Part shown: positions 1-13,760 of the stretch, one piece after another | How the letters are laid out: every line of letters starts with the position of its first letter | How positions within the stretch are numbered: position 1 is the stretch's first letter | Assembly (NCBI GenBank): GCA_965285935.1 | Contig: OZ260664.1 | Span: 47,616,001 to 47,680,000 of the forward strand | Origin: Ophelia neglecta | Taxonomy: Eukaryota | Reading direction: 5' to 3' | DNA: 64,000 nucleotides | Notes under the pieces: model-generated | Database searches by the model: none | What the model was told of the DNA's origin: nothing | Seen by the model: the letters and a program-made list of their open reading frames with translations, nothing else | Made by a program: the position numbers and the translations under genes

Positions 1-2234
1 TTGTATAGGCTTTCATTTTGTTTTAGGATTACATGGGATAATTACAACGTCAGTAGGCCTATATGTTTACATTTGTATTTGTATGTTTACATGATCTTTG
101 ATAATTTATTTGATGTTAATCAATTTAGGCATATTATTCATAAAGTGACATTATAAAATATAATTTTTGAAAGATAAACACACTTGCAGCATATATTGGA
201 AATTGGAAAGGGATCATGAATAATAAGTAATAATTAAATTCTAGGTATAGACGGATTAAAAGAAGAGCTGCTAAATTACTTTACAAACTACTTTGTACGA
301 CTTGTTGGTGATGTTTTAAGCTGGTCAGGGCGAGTTGAAAATGCAAAAAAATAAGTATGTCGAAGTAAAACGTGCGTCCAGGCACTACCATTAAAGTTCA
401 CGAACGTATTACTATACAAGTTGACCAACGAACAAATTTGTTTCGGAAGCAATGTAAAAAAAAACGACGGGCATTTACAAAATAACTAAAATCCGCAAGC
501 ATGCAATTAAACAGCTAAGATTTATTTTGGGTAAACTGGCGTAATGATGTTTCGCCACAAGGATGACCATGTAAAAGCGCATATTTGAAGATATACGTGA
601 AGCTATAGGCAAAGACAGGGTCCTATAGTTTTCCTCAAATGTGTCTTGTCTTACATCCATCTTTCCAATTATTCAAGACAAACACCCAGCTCCTTGAGCG
701 ATCATTTCTGATGTCAAGAGAATTGCTAGCCTTATAAGTCCTCATTCGCTATGTTGAGTTATGTACAAAGGACATTTGGGACATGGCCTTGCCCCATATT
801 CCCCTGTCATTCCTTTCCTTGGTTTATGGAAACATATGTTATTTCATTCATTTAGACATTTTTTTTCTGAACAGGATTTTGTGAAAGTTTGATGGGGATG
901 ACTGAATTTGTGAAGACCAGACGCCGATGTACGTTTTTTTTACTCAACCATGATAATTGTTTACATAGGTTGCCATGTATGACCAGTTTTGAAGTTAAGA
1001 ATAAAACCCTTTCAGAAGTATATTGACTTGTACAATTCCATTTCGAAACAGTCACCTAGCCATTAGTTATATTTTAAATTCTCCGGGTATTGGAACGAAT
1101 CGGCCATCACCTATACCTTGTGTAGATTCGTGTTTTCTTTCAACATGTGTCGTTTGCGCATTTCAGTAAAAAAAAATGGGCATTTATTGGAACTTTTTTT
1201 CAAACGTATAGCCTTACGGCCTTTAGCAGTAGCCATTTTTTAGGGGATCTCCAAACGACGGACAGTAGATATAGATAGTGCTTAAAATTTGACCGAAGGA
1301 GTCAACACAATGAGCATGGATTATGCGAAACTAAAAGTATACAAATGTTCAAAGCGAGATAAAAACTACAGCTAACACTATCGCCTGGAATGAAATAGAA
1401 AGAAGATGGGAACACATGGTTCCCTTTAGGGTTTGGATACGGACCGAAAATTAAAGGATCAGGTATTTAAGTGGATTTGCTGTTAGAAAACAAGTCAAAG
1501 CCCGATGAGGTGATTTGTCAGCCAAGCAGTCGATGTCAATGTGAGTGACGACATGAACTCTAAAAGTGTAAATAAACAAGCATACGTTATAAATATCGCT
1601 TGAACATTGATTCATTAGCTTATAATGAACCCACGCTTTGTTATCCATCACTTGAGGAATTGAAAACAGTTACCCGTGCGCACTAGCCGTTCGTTGAGTA
1701 CAGTTAGGTGTGGAGAGATCCGTCTTAACTAGCTGTGTGCGGTGAGTAGAGTTATATTGGAGGGCCTGGTTAGTGTACTGCTTTAGAATCTGCGCTGTCA
1801 AAACACAAGAATGAGTACCCAGCAGGAAACACTGTTATGATTCAGCATCCAACGCCAAGTGGTTTATTACACCTGCATACAATATCTGGTTTTAAGGTGC
1901 CATCCCTAAGACTACTTGTTCTGTGTCTTCTGGTAACACGAAACAGCTAATCCAGCCTGAAAGCCATGTTTCTGTCAATACTATGTATTTACTAGCCGTT
2001 CCTGTCTAGCGTCGGCTTATATCTCACTCGGTATGAACAACTGAACATCAATCAGAAAAAGGTTTCATTACTTTATTTATCTCCTCGTGAGTGTAACAAT
2101 GCGATTGTGTTATATGTTGTGTAGCCTTTCATATTTCCATGCATTGTTATTTAGAATTATGGCCCGGACATTATCTATAAACAGTTAATAGGACACTTTG
2201 TTGAAGAGATGCTTAGTATTGGTAACAAATACCA

Positions 2235-3290
2235 TGAATCGGTGGTTCATGCAGACCGGGTCTAGAGACCAGCCATGTGTAATAAGTGGTATGCAGAGCG
2301 GGGTTAGAGACCTGTCATGTGTAATCAGTGGTTCATGCAGAGCGGGTCTAGAGACCAGTCACTTGTAATCAGTGCTTCAGGCAGAGCGGGTCTAGAGACC
2401 AGTCACTTGTAATCAGTGGTTAAAGCAGGGTGGGTCTAGAGACCTGTCATGTGTAATCAGTGGCTCATTTAGACCGGGTCTATAGACCAGCCATGTGTTA
2501 TCAGTGGTTCATGAAGACCGGGTCTAGAAACCTGTCATGTGTAATCAGTGGTTAAAGCAGGGTGGGTCTAGAGACCAGTCACTTGTAATCAGTGGTTAAA
2601 GCAGGGTGGGTCTAGACACCAATCATGTGTAATCAGTAGCTCATTTAGACCGGGTCTAGAGACCAGCCATGTGTTATCAGTGGGTTATGCAGAGCGGGTC
2701 TACAGACCTTTCACTTGTAATCAGTGGCTCATGTAGACCGGGTCTAGAGACCAGCCATGTGTATTCAGTGATTCATGCAGAGCGGGTCTAGAGACCTGTC
2801 ACGTGTAATCAGTGATTCATGCAGAGCGGGTCTAGAGACCTGTCATGTGTAATCAGTGATTCATGCAGAGCGGGTCTAGAGACCTGTCATGTGTAATCAG
2901 TGGCTCATTTAGACCGGGTCTAGAGACCAGCCATGTGTAATCAGTGGTTAAAGCAGGGTGGGTCTAGACACCAATCATGTGTAATCAGTGGTTAAAGCAG
3001 GGTGGGTCTAGACACCAATCATGTGTAATCAGTGGCTCATTTAGACCGGGTCTAGAGACAAGACATGTGTTATCAGTGGTTCATGCAGACCGGGTCTCGA
3101 GACCAGCCATTCGTATTCAGGGGTTCATGCAGAGCGGGTCTAAGGCCCAGTCACTTGTAATCAGTGGCACATGCAGAGCGGGGTAGAGACATGTCATGTG
3201 TAATCACTGGTTCATGCAGATCGGGTCTAGGCACCTGTCATGTGTTATCAGTGGTTCATGCAGAGCAGGTCAAGACACCTGTCATATGTT
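2235..3290. repeat. 44-bp minisatellite, about 24 copies
   Basis: Consensus atgtgtaatcagtggttcatgcagagcgggtctagagacctgtc; period 44 (gcagagcggg at 2821 and 2865); three recurring unit variants. Confidence 0.95.
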
Positions 3291-3862
3291 AGAGGTAGAC
3301 TCGTAACACTGTGCATACCCCCTGTGCTTTCAATTGATGGTTTAATTGCACCATTCTAATTGGAGTTTACGGCGGTAAATACTAATCCTAAAAAGGCATC
3401 TTTGTTTTTAAAGAGATCGTTCCTACAATAAAAGCAGTGTTTTTAATTTATAAAAAGGCTATTGAGCAATTTTATCCTCCAATGCAACTTTTCACTTAAA
3501 AAAGTTCGTTGTTGAATTGTATAATCATCGAACCACCTCCTCCTCTCACTAATATAGTTAAGTTTAAAAACAGATTTCGTCGATCTTTTGGCTCGATGTC
3601 TTTAAATTTTTGACGCATGCTCCATATAAACATTGGACAAAATTAGTTCACAATTTAGATGTCAGTCAGTTCTGTTTAGAAGTGGACTCACGTGTTAGAT
3701 AAATTAACTCTCGGCGTTATCAAACAAATTAAGCTTAATCAGTTGTCAACCAAGAAATGAAAGCAAAAAGGTTCAGTAAGCAACCTCCCATTTATTCTGC
3801 TGAAAGCCAAATAAGCTAGTGAGATTAGTTGTCAATTAACACAAGTAAAATTGATATTATTA

Positions 3863-4277
3863 TTATATTAAGAATTGTGTTTGGTGAATTTTTATAATAG
3901 CAAAAATAACGGGCAATGATTTATGCATCATGTGATATCTAGCTTTGTTCCTGGTACGCCCATAAGTAGTAGTGTAATGGCCATTTTGACGACGTTTATA
4001 GTATTTATCCTTTACAAAAGGACTTGTAGATGTAATATCTCGTTTGCCAATATGCTTTTTTATTCCATGCCGCAAGCGGCTCTTGATAAAACAAAATACG
4101 AGAGCCATGCTTGGTTGATCTGCCCACTTCATTTTTAGCCAAGGGCTTGGCTTTGTTTCGACATTTTCGGAAAAAGTTCCGCATGTAAGCTAACAGCCTA
4201 TAGAAATTTTGCCAATGTATGCTCTCGCAGATGGGTCTGCAACTTACGCCTGCTTGAAAGGTCGTATGACACACCAA
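3863..4277 (-). mobile_element. Decayed BEL/Pao LTR-retrotransposon pol fragment (region between RNase H and integrase)
   Basis: Two frameshifted minus frames: WQNFYRLLAYMRNFFRKCRNKAKPLAKNEV, then ITSTSPFVKD...GR...PVIF...HQTQFLI. These resemble BEL/Pao W.RLLRVTAYV.RF...CR...PLT.EE and L.PFLD...GGRL...HP.ILP..H..T.LI. Recognised from memory, no search run. Confidence 0.45.
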
Positions 4278-5109
4278 TACAGCTTGGATGCATAGAAGAC
4301 AGGTGTTTTCAGCCTAATGAGTCCCTAGATAATAAACAACTAGCCAGTCAGTCCTCAGTCCCATTACTGAAATAAGCCGACCATTATAAATCATTAAATT
4401 CGTCTCGGTAGTAGAACTGGAGGCCAAAGTCCAGCTCCATATTTCATCTGAAAGAAATTAACATTACTTTTCATTGCTTAAATATGTAAACATAGAGGCC
4501 ACAATCATTTAACATTTCTTAGAACATATTCCATTATCTTATGATTTTAAAATGTAATCAGGTACATAATATGAATATATAAGCTCAGGAATATGGTTGG
4601 ATGTCAAATCTATATATTTTCCATTTCCATATATGCCTGTGACACACCTGAACAGTTAGAAACTACATTTTAATCTTCCTCGACTTTTAACAATTTTCAC
4701 ATCGTCTAATAATCGGAGTTTAAATGTGATTATACTATTGACCACATATGGATTAAGTGACACCATGCAGTCGCCTTAACTCTGTATTTTGGACAAGCAA
4801 AGCCATTAAACACATTTCAACGGCTTTGACAGTTTTTGATAAATTACTACCCTTTGCGGATAGACTGTTGTGCCGTAATTCTTCGGATTTAGTCTCGGGC
4901 TTCTATTCCCAGAGTTATAAACGGGACCTGCCTCAATTAGGACCTGCCTCTTATAGAGGAAGTCCGAGGTATTGTAATAATCCTAGTTCATCCTGAAAGT
5001 AGCCCAACTTTGAAGTACTTATCCGCACTGCTCATCTCAAGTCAGTGCAGAGTACACTTTAGGTATCTGCCTCATGAGTGAAACAAGACACAATATTAAA
5101 TAAATTGTA

Positions 5110-5435
5110 CCGGAATTCACCGGATAAAAGCCGTGTTTCTGTTCTTGAGTTTCATCGCACAGACTAGGCATCTGCCTCTGTCTCAACACAAGGTTGAATT
5201 ACAAAGGACAGCCAACTTATCTTCATCATCACCACCTGGTATTAACTGATAGTGAAGTCAAAGCAAACACCTGCAACTTGTACTGTAAATCTCCGGATAT
5301 CTCCGGATAACGGCCCGTGCTTCTATTCTTGGGTTCCATCACACAGACCAGGCTTCTAAATGGGGTCTCCCTCTAAATCAACACATGCTTGTATTACAAG
5401 GGACACCCAACTTATCTTCATAATTACCAACTGGT
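5110..5435. repeat. Two diverged tandem copies of a ~185-bp unit
   Basis: ccggataa...ttct(g/a)ttctt...cacagac(t/c)aggc...tcaacaca...ttacaa(a/g)ggaca...ccaacttatcttcat...ctggt occurs at ~5120-5240 and ~5303-5435. Confidence 0.7.
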
Positions 5436-6046
5436 CCAAGAGTCCTACTGTGTCTTTGACAAAACAGGTGATTCCATAATTATGCTGTACTAACTGATTG
5501 CAGTCTTTTATCCGGATATTTAGGAAAGTTTACGGTAAGTTGTATCCGGTGGCGTGGCTTTGTCCATGTGGCATCTAGTGCCTCAAGACAAACAAACAAC
5601 AAGAAGAAACTGCCAGAATCGTACAGAATGGGTTTGCTCTTGAGCAAGGTCCAGTGCATTTAATGGCCCTGTAATGGGTAATAACATCGCTGTGTGCTGA
5701 TAAATTTCAACCATATCGCACGATAAGGTTATGACTGGGTACAGAACTAAAATAAGGAGCTGTAAGACCTGCTGATTGAATCATATTTTGAAGCATATTT
5801 TCATTTGGTGGATGTTTTGCTTTGAATCGAATTTCCCTTCCATCGCTCACATTTACTTAACTTGTGCGCCTTAACATGCACCAGGAATACATGACCTCCA
5901 CTGTAGCCAGTGTGACGTAGATCTTCATGGTTGACAGCTATGATCATCTTCCATGCGTCCTTCGAGTTGCAACAGTCCAATATATTTTAATATTTGCATT
6001 CATTGACAAGCTTATTACACTTCACGCCTTAGAAGTTAATACATTC

Positions 6047-6245
6047 ACAGCAGGGTAAGGTATTTCAGAGTGGTCCGGCCATCGGCCGGCGGTAAGCAGG
6101 AAGTGCGTCGCAATACTAGTCGCCTGGCGCCTTGTCCCCCGGAATTTTTTTTTTACTAAATGCGGTGTCAATCTAATCATGTTAGCTATGGGGAAATAGT
6201 GGTCCGGCCATGGCCGGGATGGCCGGTGCGGTTGCTACGCCCTTG
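6047..6245. mobile_element. Short MITE-like fragment
   Basis: Internal repeat agtggtccggccat (~6068 and ~6198) and a GC-rich end ...gcggttgctacgcccttg, typical of invertebrate MITE termini. The matching left TIR is not clear. Confidence 0.3.
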
Positions 6246-9200
6246 CATAGATAGCTTATAATTATAGGCCCTATAGGACTTTGACAACTCTTCTGCCAGT
6301 TAAACATACTTGAAGTTATCAGTTCCAGATTGCAGGTAGAACCAACTAACTTACTCACTGTTACCATTCTCTGCTACCTGGCACATCACCATTTTACTAA
6401 TGCGATCTCCACTTTTTACATACAAGGCCATTACAAATAGCAAATGTTTGTAATGTACAGCCCTGGGCGTTTATGTCTTTAAAAACAACTTGTTTTTCTG
6501 GTCTATGCAGAGACAATTTCAGATTATAATCTTGCTGTGAGCCTCTTGTAGTGGACCCCATCTCTCGGGGTTCCCTCAAATGCCATGACGGCGGGGGGGG
6601 GGGGGGGGGGGGTTATAAAGGGCTCAGAGTCGTATTATTATGTGGCTTCTTTACCACTAACATACAAATATTACATCCTTGAAAGTGGGCAGTACCTCCG
6701 AGCGTATTTACATTGTTGAAACGCGTACAGGGTAGAAGTCCTGCATACTGGAAGAGAGGTATACATGCAGGAAGAGACCAACGACTCTTGCTTGTATTCG
6801 TCCAAGATTTGATGCTGGATGATATACGAATTGGGGGTGGTGAATAACAAGCCCAGGGGAGTCATAAAACAACCGGTTTAATCGACATAGAAGTAGAACA
6901 GGACACGAAACCCAGCTGTCCTGCAATAAAGATATCGAAACAGATCCTACATACATATCTTGATATATCAATGCTTATGTATTCAATGATGCTAAACCCA
7001 AAGCGGCATCTTTACGGCCAGCTTGTCTGATAGAAAGCTAATCGAAGCTATTTGCAAATGCTCTACCAGAAAACGATTGTGGTTTTAAAATATCACTTAT
7101 TTTGAGTAGATGGGGCACTTGTTTTCTAATATGTTATGTGTCACACAGTTTAATAAATCACCAACAGCGAGCCCCGGAAGAAAAACGACGCACAGCGCTC
7201 AGCCAGAGCAAGCAGATTGCTACTGGGCTCAAATTTCATTGAGTGCTTCGCTGTTCACTTGTAAAGTTCGTATTGGAGATACCTTCCTGTTAACCATACT
7301 GTACGTATACAGAGTGAGGGGAGAGATATTGAAAACTGATTGGCTTGATACTTTAACTGAGAAGTTGATCAACAAAATTCAATTCGTTGTATAATGGAGA
7401 GAGTTTATAGAGGATCCACTTTAAGTCTGGTGAGTCGAATTTGGTTTCAACGTTGACAAAATAATGGACTAAAACGTGCGGGACCTTTCAATTGAAGTTA
7501 CATTCAAATTGGTATTTACTGTCAATGATTGGGTGCGATTTAAGGTAGGAGAAGGTGTGTGATTCTAGCATAGCGAAAACTGCTTTATTTGTATGGTGAT
7601 ATTTTTTATTGCTCTAGCCATGTCCGATGTTACCACCAGAATAACTGATTTGATGGCAACAGTTTCCCTCTACATTTTGTTTATTGTAATTTGGGTGTTG
7701 GAATTTTGTGTTTGGACTCACTTTGAATTGTGTTTTGTTTCCCAACACGGGAACGCAGTCCAACCTGAATAGAACCAAAGTACGAATAATATTGTTCTAG
7801 CTCATGAAAACTGATATTATAAAAACTTTCATAATATTGCATAATAATTTACCAGGTCATATTTTATTTCAAGGTAATATTTCTACTTTGCCTTCCATTT
7901 GTTTTGTGTTTTGGTCAAGCCTTTATTCAAGATTGATAAAGCAGACGACAATATAAAAAGCACCGCTTGACACAATGTTTGTGCCTCGCTATTAGAATCT
8001 TCGATCTAGGCCGCCCAGGGAGGCTCTTTGCCAATTTTGCTAGAAGCAAGAGCCATACGAAATTAAATAGACCGATGTTAGCAGTCTAGATTTTTGATCT
8101 TTTCACAAAGTCATTGAAGAAGTACACGATAAGCGTTAACTAAATATAAACTAGACTGTTATTTTTATTATTTTCAAGGCAAAGCCGATGATAGGCAGAT
8201 GATATACATAGGCCTAGATAAGACTCTAAAGACCAACTATATAGGACACTTTGTGCATGGTGTCTCCCCACTTTATTATGTTTTGATGTTGTTATTGATT
8301 GATGCCTGGTTGTTTACTGAATATATTTACTTTGTTTACTACGATTTCTTATATACAAACTGCTTTTAACCTGATCGTTTTTATATATTTAACCATTATT
8401 TATCTTAGTTATCTCAGCAAAGGCAAAATTATTGAAAGTTTAATCGGCTGGAATGTCTTCCAATTTTCAACCACTGTGTTCACTTTATTCAAATGTCAGT
8501 CGTATAACCTGTTAGGCTAACTTAATTTCCCCGAAACTTCTAATATCTCTAAAGATTCAAAGGAAGCAGAGTAAACTTTCTCCAAGTCTGTATCTGACAG
8601 ATAGTTGACACTGTCTAAAATCCTTATCAATTACGTGCATGTCTTGTTACGGTTAAGAATTTGAGTTGATGCTGAAATTTTATATGTTAGGTTATTACTA
8701 TTCCCCCTCCCTCCTTTTTTTCTACACTGGTCCAGCCTTAACCCTATAATATATGTTTGTACTTCATATACTGTATCTTGTAATTATCTCGCAATTGTCT
8801 CGTAACAGGTTTTACATGCGATTTATACAGCTTTTCTAGCTGTGATTAAAATCGAATAATGTCTCGCCGTGTACCTATTGCGCAGCATAAATCATTGAAT
8901 GGTGGGCGGCCGTTCATTTGAAACATAATATGGCCCTCCTAGCGGGAAATGGCAGATTATGCTCAAATTATTGGTCTACCTTTCACATACCTTGCTCTGG
9001 ATTAAAGTATTATCTATAGTTTATCGCTTGCTCTTGTTTTTGAACATTACTGATTACATGACTACTCCCCACTTATCTAGTAGAGGGGATGGGTGACTAC
9101 TGCTGTGTCTGAAATACCTTCTAATAGAAAATAAAACGCCGATAAAACATCAGCGATGAAAATGGCAAACGGTAGCTTCACTATGTCGGCAGTTTGTTAT

Positions 9201-11980
9201 TTGATCTAAAATTCAACAAGTTGTTTTGGTCATAAACCATTCCCCTGGTTGCTTTAATTGTTCTCTTCGATGCCGTTAGGTACCACCTTGAGACTAACCC
9301 CAGGCTAATTTGTGAGATAGGGGAGAAGGTTTAATGGCCCCTGGGAGTAGGGATCTGTTATTAATGTTCTTAATGTAGGCCTCTGGGTTCTCAGGAGATT
9401 CGCCTACACAATATAGCAACTGGCAACTGGCTTGTCATTCGATAGAAAACTAATAATCTATTAATTATACAGTGTTCGAGAATAATGAATACCTACGGTC
9501 ATCAATAGTGTGTGGTTGTTTACAAATTAACGCAGCTGAAGTTTCTAGCTCGATTGTTGTATTTGCCAAACAGAAGGCACAAAGATTATTTCATCTTCAC
9601 TAAGAATTTGAGAAATACACTGATTTTCAGGAACAGTACTGTTAACTAATTTAATGCGCATGTTTCTTAAAGGCCATTGTACGATATGACAAAACAATTC
9701 CAAGAAACGAGCCGAGTAACTGACATGTACTCGTTTATAAAATATAAAAAAATACATCTTAATAGATATAGAGTCTATCTGACACTTGTTAAAGTTTGCA
9801 AATGATGGATCGTATTTAATTACAACTTAAAAGTGTATTAAAATGTCCGTTTCAGTGACTTGTGCCCATCTGCAGCATAGGCCATTTTGCTCCTTGATAT
9901 ATGGGGTTGGTCAGGCTCACATTTTTTTTGACCCGCTGTATGTACACTTGATGAAAAATCATGGCTTACATAAAATAACCTGATGCTTAGTATTTAGTTG
10001 TGAAACAGCTTGAAACGGTATCCGGTTTACGGCATCTCCCTCCAGATGTGGCCTCAGAAGTTGTTTGATATTTGGCCGTGATTGGAACGCCTAGGAGTGC
10101 CGCAATAACAACCAGAGGCCTTGCAGATCTTCCTGTCTGCTCTTTGTTACAACCAGGTCAGAGATTACCCTCGGTTTGCCATAACTGAAATGGGACAATA
10201 TTATTACTGCCAACATAGCTATTTACCTTTGGTCAAAATAGTGATCGAAACAATCCAGATTTTATCGGATTAAAATATATTATATGAAAGTGTCAACCCT
10301 TTTTTCACCTGAAGTTTGAGCAGTGTTTGACCAAGGGCATTAAGGTAGTTGATCATACGGGCCCAGGCAGGAATTTCCCTGAAGTGCTCGGAAAACGACT
10401 CATGCGACGAATCATATTCCACTGGTCGTTATCATTAGCCACTAGTGTGTTTATAGCCGACGACTTCGAAATAGTTCGGGGCAAAGCTAACATGTCTGGA
10501 ACCGCTTCCGGGCAGAGGTTTCACAGATATACCGCCTTATCTGAAAGTTAGCTTTGAGCTGTTGCAAATGATTTATCGTTATATGTGTTATGTGTTACAG
10601 GTCTTTGAAGGAAAATTGTGTTTTTCTCTTGGCTGATTTTAAAATGATTTTTAAATAATTTATTATATATACATGTATGTCTAAAATATGCAATGATGAA
10701 ACAGTGTACTTTGCAAATCATTTCCAAGTTATACATTTATATTGCACATACAGGCGTAGAGGATTTCCGTTTAGGGGAGAATAGTTAATTATAAGGTCGT
10801 TAAAGACGGTAATATTGAAAGTAGTATACATTGATATATAATCAGATCTCTCTCCTTCACACTAAATAAGAATCATTGATTATCTATACAACATACGATT
10901 GGACACACACAATTTCTTTTCTCAAAATAGATGGCCTGCCTTTGAACAAAGTCTCATTCATTGTGCTTGGTTTTTGCAAAACTAGAAAGTTTCTGTCAGC
11001 CAATATGCCACCGCGAATAAGTATATTTATCTATATCTATGATGAGTTTAGGCCAACATGTTATGCACACCAGAAGATTTTGGAGCAATAAGCAAATGTC
11101 AGATTTTCTTAGCTAGATCCTATACAGATGAAGGTACAGGTGGTATATATGTCTAGAGTATGGCTCGCCACGGCGGGAAAAAACCTAAACAGTATCTGCC
11201 ATGCTAGGCACATGGCAGTGGTTAGATCTACCAATTTCTCCCACCCACCGTTAACAACTCGGAAATAAAGCAGCAAGCATATTTCACTGGCAATAGGTCT
11301 ATGTCCATTAAGCTACCAGAGAAAATGGACTGGTGCTAGTTTGATGTTGGTGTCCATGTTTAATTACCATTTTATCAACAGTTTACATTTGCCAATTGCT
11401 GTCTGCCTCCTCGCGGCGATATCGGTCGAATCGGCCATTTCCAAAAACTTATCTGTGGAGACTTGACGGAACTCCCGAAGCGTGCCTCTACGCGGGGAAG
11501 CCAACCCAGATCGCTTTGCGCGTCATCAGGTCTGACCATCATTTTAAGCTAAGGGAAAAATCCACTTCAGTCTGTTGGAAGAATGAGTCACATATGATAT
11601 TTCGGCACTCAATTTAGGTATGATTCAATTGCTCTATGAACCCGTTTCGCTTTCATTTTCTGCGGGCCAGGAGCAAGGGGCTTGTACAAATATAATTACA
11701 TGTACATACATTTTTTTCGAACTGTATAATGTGTACTCAAAAGAAAAAGAGTTGCCCTAAATGCAGACCAAATTAGTATAGGCATTATATTATTAACAAA
11801 AAGTAAGTGAATATACATAATTTAGGTTCCTGGCTAGTTTTACCCATACATCGGTATAGCAAAGGTAAAAAAATAACTTTCGTTTATTATCAAGTGTTTC
11901 TGCAATGCCCATCATTCCGAGGAGTATCAACGAAAGGTGGCTTTGTCCATTAAGCAATCGAATGCTGGGGGAAAACAGTA

Positions 11981-12056
11981 TACAGAATAGACTCAATTAA
12001 CCGAACTTCTATTAACGGAATTTCTGGATTAACCGAATCGAATCCATGTCCCCCGA
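11981..12056 (+). mobile_element. Single terminus of a Tc1/mariner(pogo)-like non-autonomous element
   Basis: ta|cag start followed by three attaac(c/g)gaa repeats; partner TIR not found. Confidence 0.3.
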
Positions 12057-12632
12057 AAATACACGTAGCATATAAAAACTAAAAAATATAATTCCATCAT
12101 ATTTCTTGGGCAAACAACAGGTTGAAGATGAATTCCCTTCTTTATATATTCACTTTCTTCCTTTTTGGCAGGCTCATTCCGAAAAAGGACCGATTTTAGA
12201 ATGTTCATTGATTTACTTAGCCTGCTCCCAGACTCTTTCTACTACCTGGAGAATAAGTTAAACCAGGCAATTAGAGCATTGTGGTATGAGCTTACTTGCA
12301 TATGTATATTGTAATAGTTTTCTGATAGACTGAGAAAGCCTTTTCTGACTCAGGGATATGTGGTTTACTCTATATGTCTTTTATTGCATAAAGCCAATTG
12401 TCTGTCGCAGACAAAACATCGCGAAACAAACGTTCTTTACACAAGAGGCTTTTTATCCCCTCGGCCCCTAAAAATATTTCAAGGGAATACAAAAAAATTA
12501 TTTATAACCTTGAATAACATTGATTTCCATGATTTTAATGAGCGTTTTACTATCATTTAATCATACACAATGTTTGAAAATGTTTTCAAGCAAGCATTTG
12601 CTCCCACAGAAAACGAATCTGTTTGATATTTC

Positions 12633-13060
12633 GTGCCCTGCGCGAACCAATAGTGATTGGGGATATGGCAGGCTTCCGGTATGTCTCGAACTCCCCCCTC
12701 TCGTCAGTCGACCAACATTTTGTGCCCTGCGTCGAAAAGATTGTCATGAGGAATGCAGCAGACTTCCTCTCTTCGCATTCTCTCCACTCGTCAGTGAACC
12801 AATTGTTCGTGCCCTGCGCCGAACAGATTGTCACTGGGGATGCGGCATACTTCAGGTTTCCTCATTCTCTCTCTTCGTCAGTGAACCTGTTCGTGCATTG
12901 CGCCGAACAAACTTTCTAGGGATATGCGACAGACTTCCGGTCTCCGCACCATCTCCTCTCGCCAGTGAAACAAGTGTCCAGTCCTTGCACCGAACGAATT
13001 TGTCACGAGGGATGCGGCGACTTGACTCGCTTGCCTTGTCCCCCTCTCCGGACGTCGAAA
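12633..13060 (+). repeat. Five diverged 84-90-bp tandem units inside ORF 12520-13071
   Basis: gtgccctgcg..gaac...tcgtcagtgaacc units start at 12633, 12722, 12809, 12893, 12980. They translate as ALRRTDC..GC..L...FSPLVSEP.VR-like repeats. Confidence 0.8.
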
Positions 13061-13228
13061 AGCACCTGTAACACGGAGGAGCAGACGGCGACATCGGTCA
13101 CATTTTTCTAACATCCCTAATACTCAGGGTTACAAGGCACCCTTGGGTGAGGGACGATCCAAGCGAGAGACGACCCTAGTGAAACCATAGACAGTCTATA
13201 CGAACAAACTGTTGTATTTATGTATTGC

Positions 13229-13322
13229 ATTTTAGATGTAGTGTATTTTAGATGTAGTGTAGTGTATTTTAGATGTAGTGTATTTTAGATGTAGTGTATT
13301 TTAGATGTAGTGTATTTTAGAT
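13229..13322. repeat. 16-bp tandem repeat (attttagatgtagtgt)n, about 5.5 copies
   Basis: Read directly from the sequence. Confidence 0.95.
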
Positions 13323-13760
13323 TAGTGTTGATACTATCATGGCTGCCTGACAGTCTCACTAGCGTCTTCTTGTGACTGTTTCTTTTTAATCATCCTATCT
13401 ATCAACTTGGCCTCACCCCGCGTGTATACGTTTTTAAGAGGTTTTACACTATCTGTCCTCGTGCTAGCCCTGGCATAGGGTGAATCGCGATCATCATCAC
13501 GACAGGTTACGTGGGTAACGCTTATTCTGGTAGCTCCATCGACAATTGCCTCTTTCGCATGATACAACCATCACCATTTTAGAGGTCACCCCACTCGCCT
13601 CATTGTCCTGATGGGCTTTTTTATTCCACAGCCCTCTCAGCAGCCGCTCCAGGACGTTGCGTAAAACTTTGTGTGGTTGTCCACACCTTTCCTCTCCAAG
13701 TAGCCCTACCTTATCACTCCCTATCAGTCCCAAACACAACGTACCTAACAGGAGCCTGAT
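13323..13760 (-). mobile_element. Possible 3' end of a non-LTR retrotransposon (LINE), with the 16-bp repeat as its tail
   Basis: Minus frame SDKVGLLGEE...VLERLLRGLWNKKA resembles the LLG...L...W..R C-terminus of LINE ORF2. It is followed by a UTR-sized segment ending in a short tandem repeat. No RT core present. Confidence 0.3.

Noticed and set aside
2235-3290. CRISPR-like array, or coding repeat (ORF 2977-3186)
   Set aside because: No spacers; the 44-bp period is not a multiple of 3; the ORF is a by-product of the repeat.
12660-12970. Tandem hammerhead ribozymes on the minus strand (CTGACGA-N13/14-GAAAC/GAGAC...GTH spacing in the repeat units)
   Set aside because: The would-be stem II is purine-rich and cannot pair, stem I gives only about 2 bp, and GAAA is intact in one unit only. 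An Infernal search with hammerhead models would be decisive.
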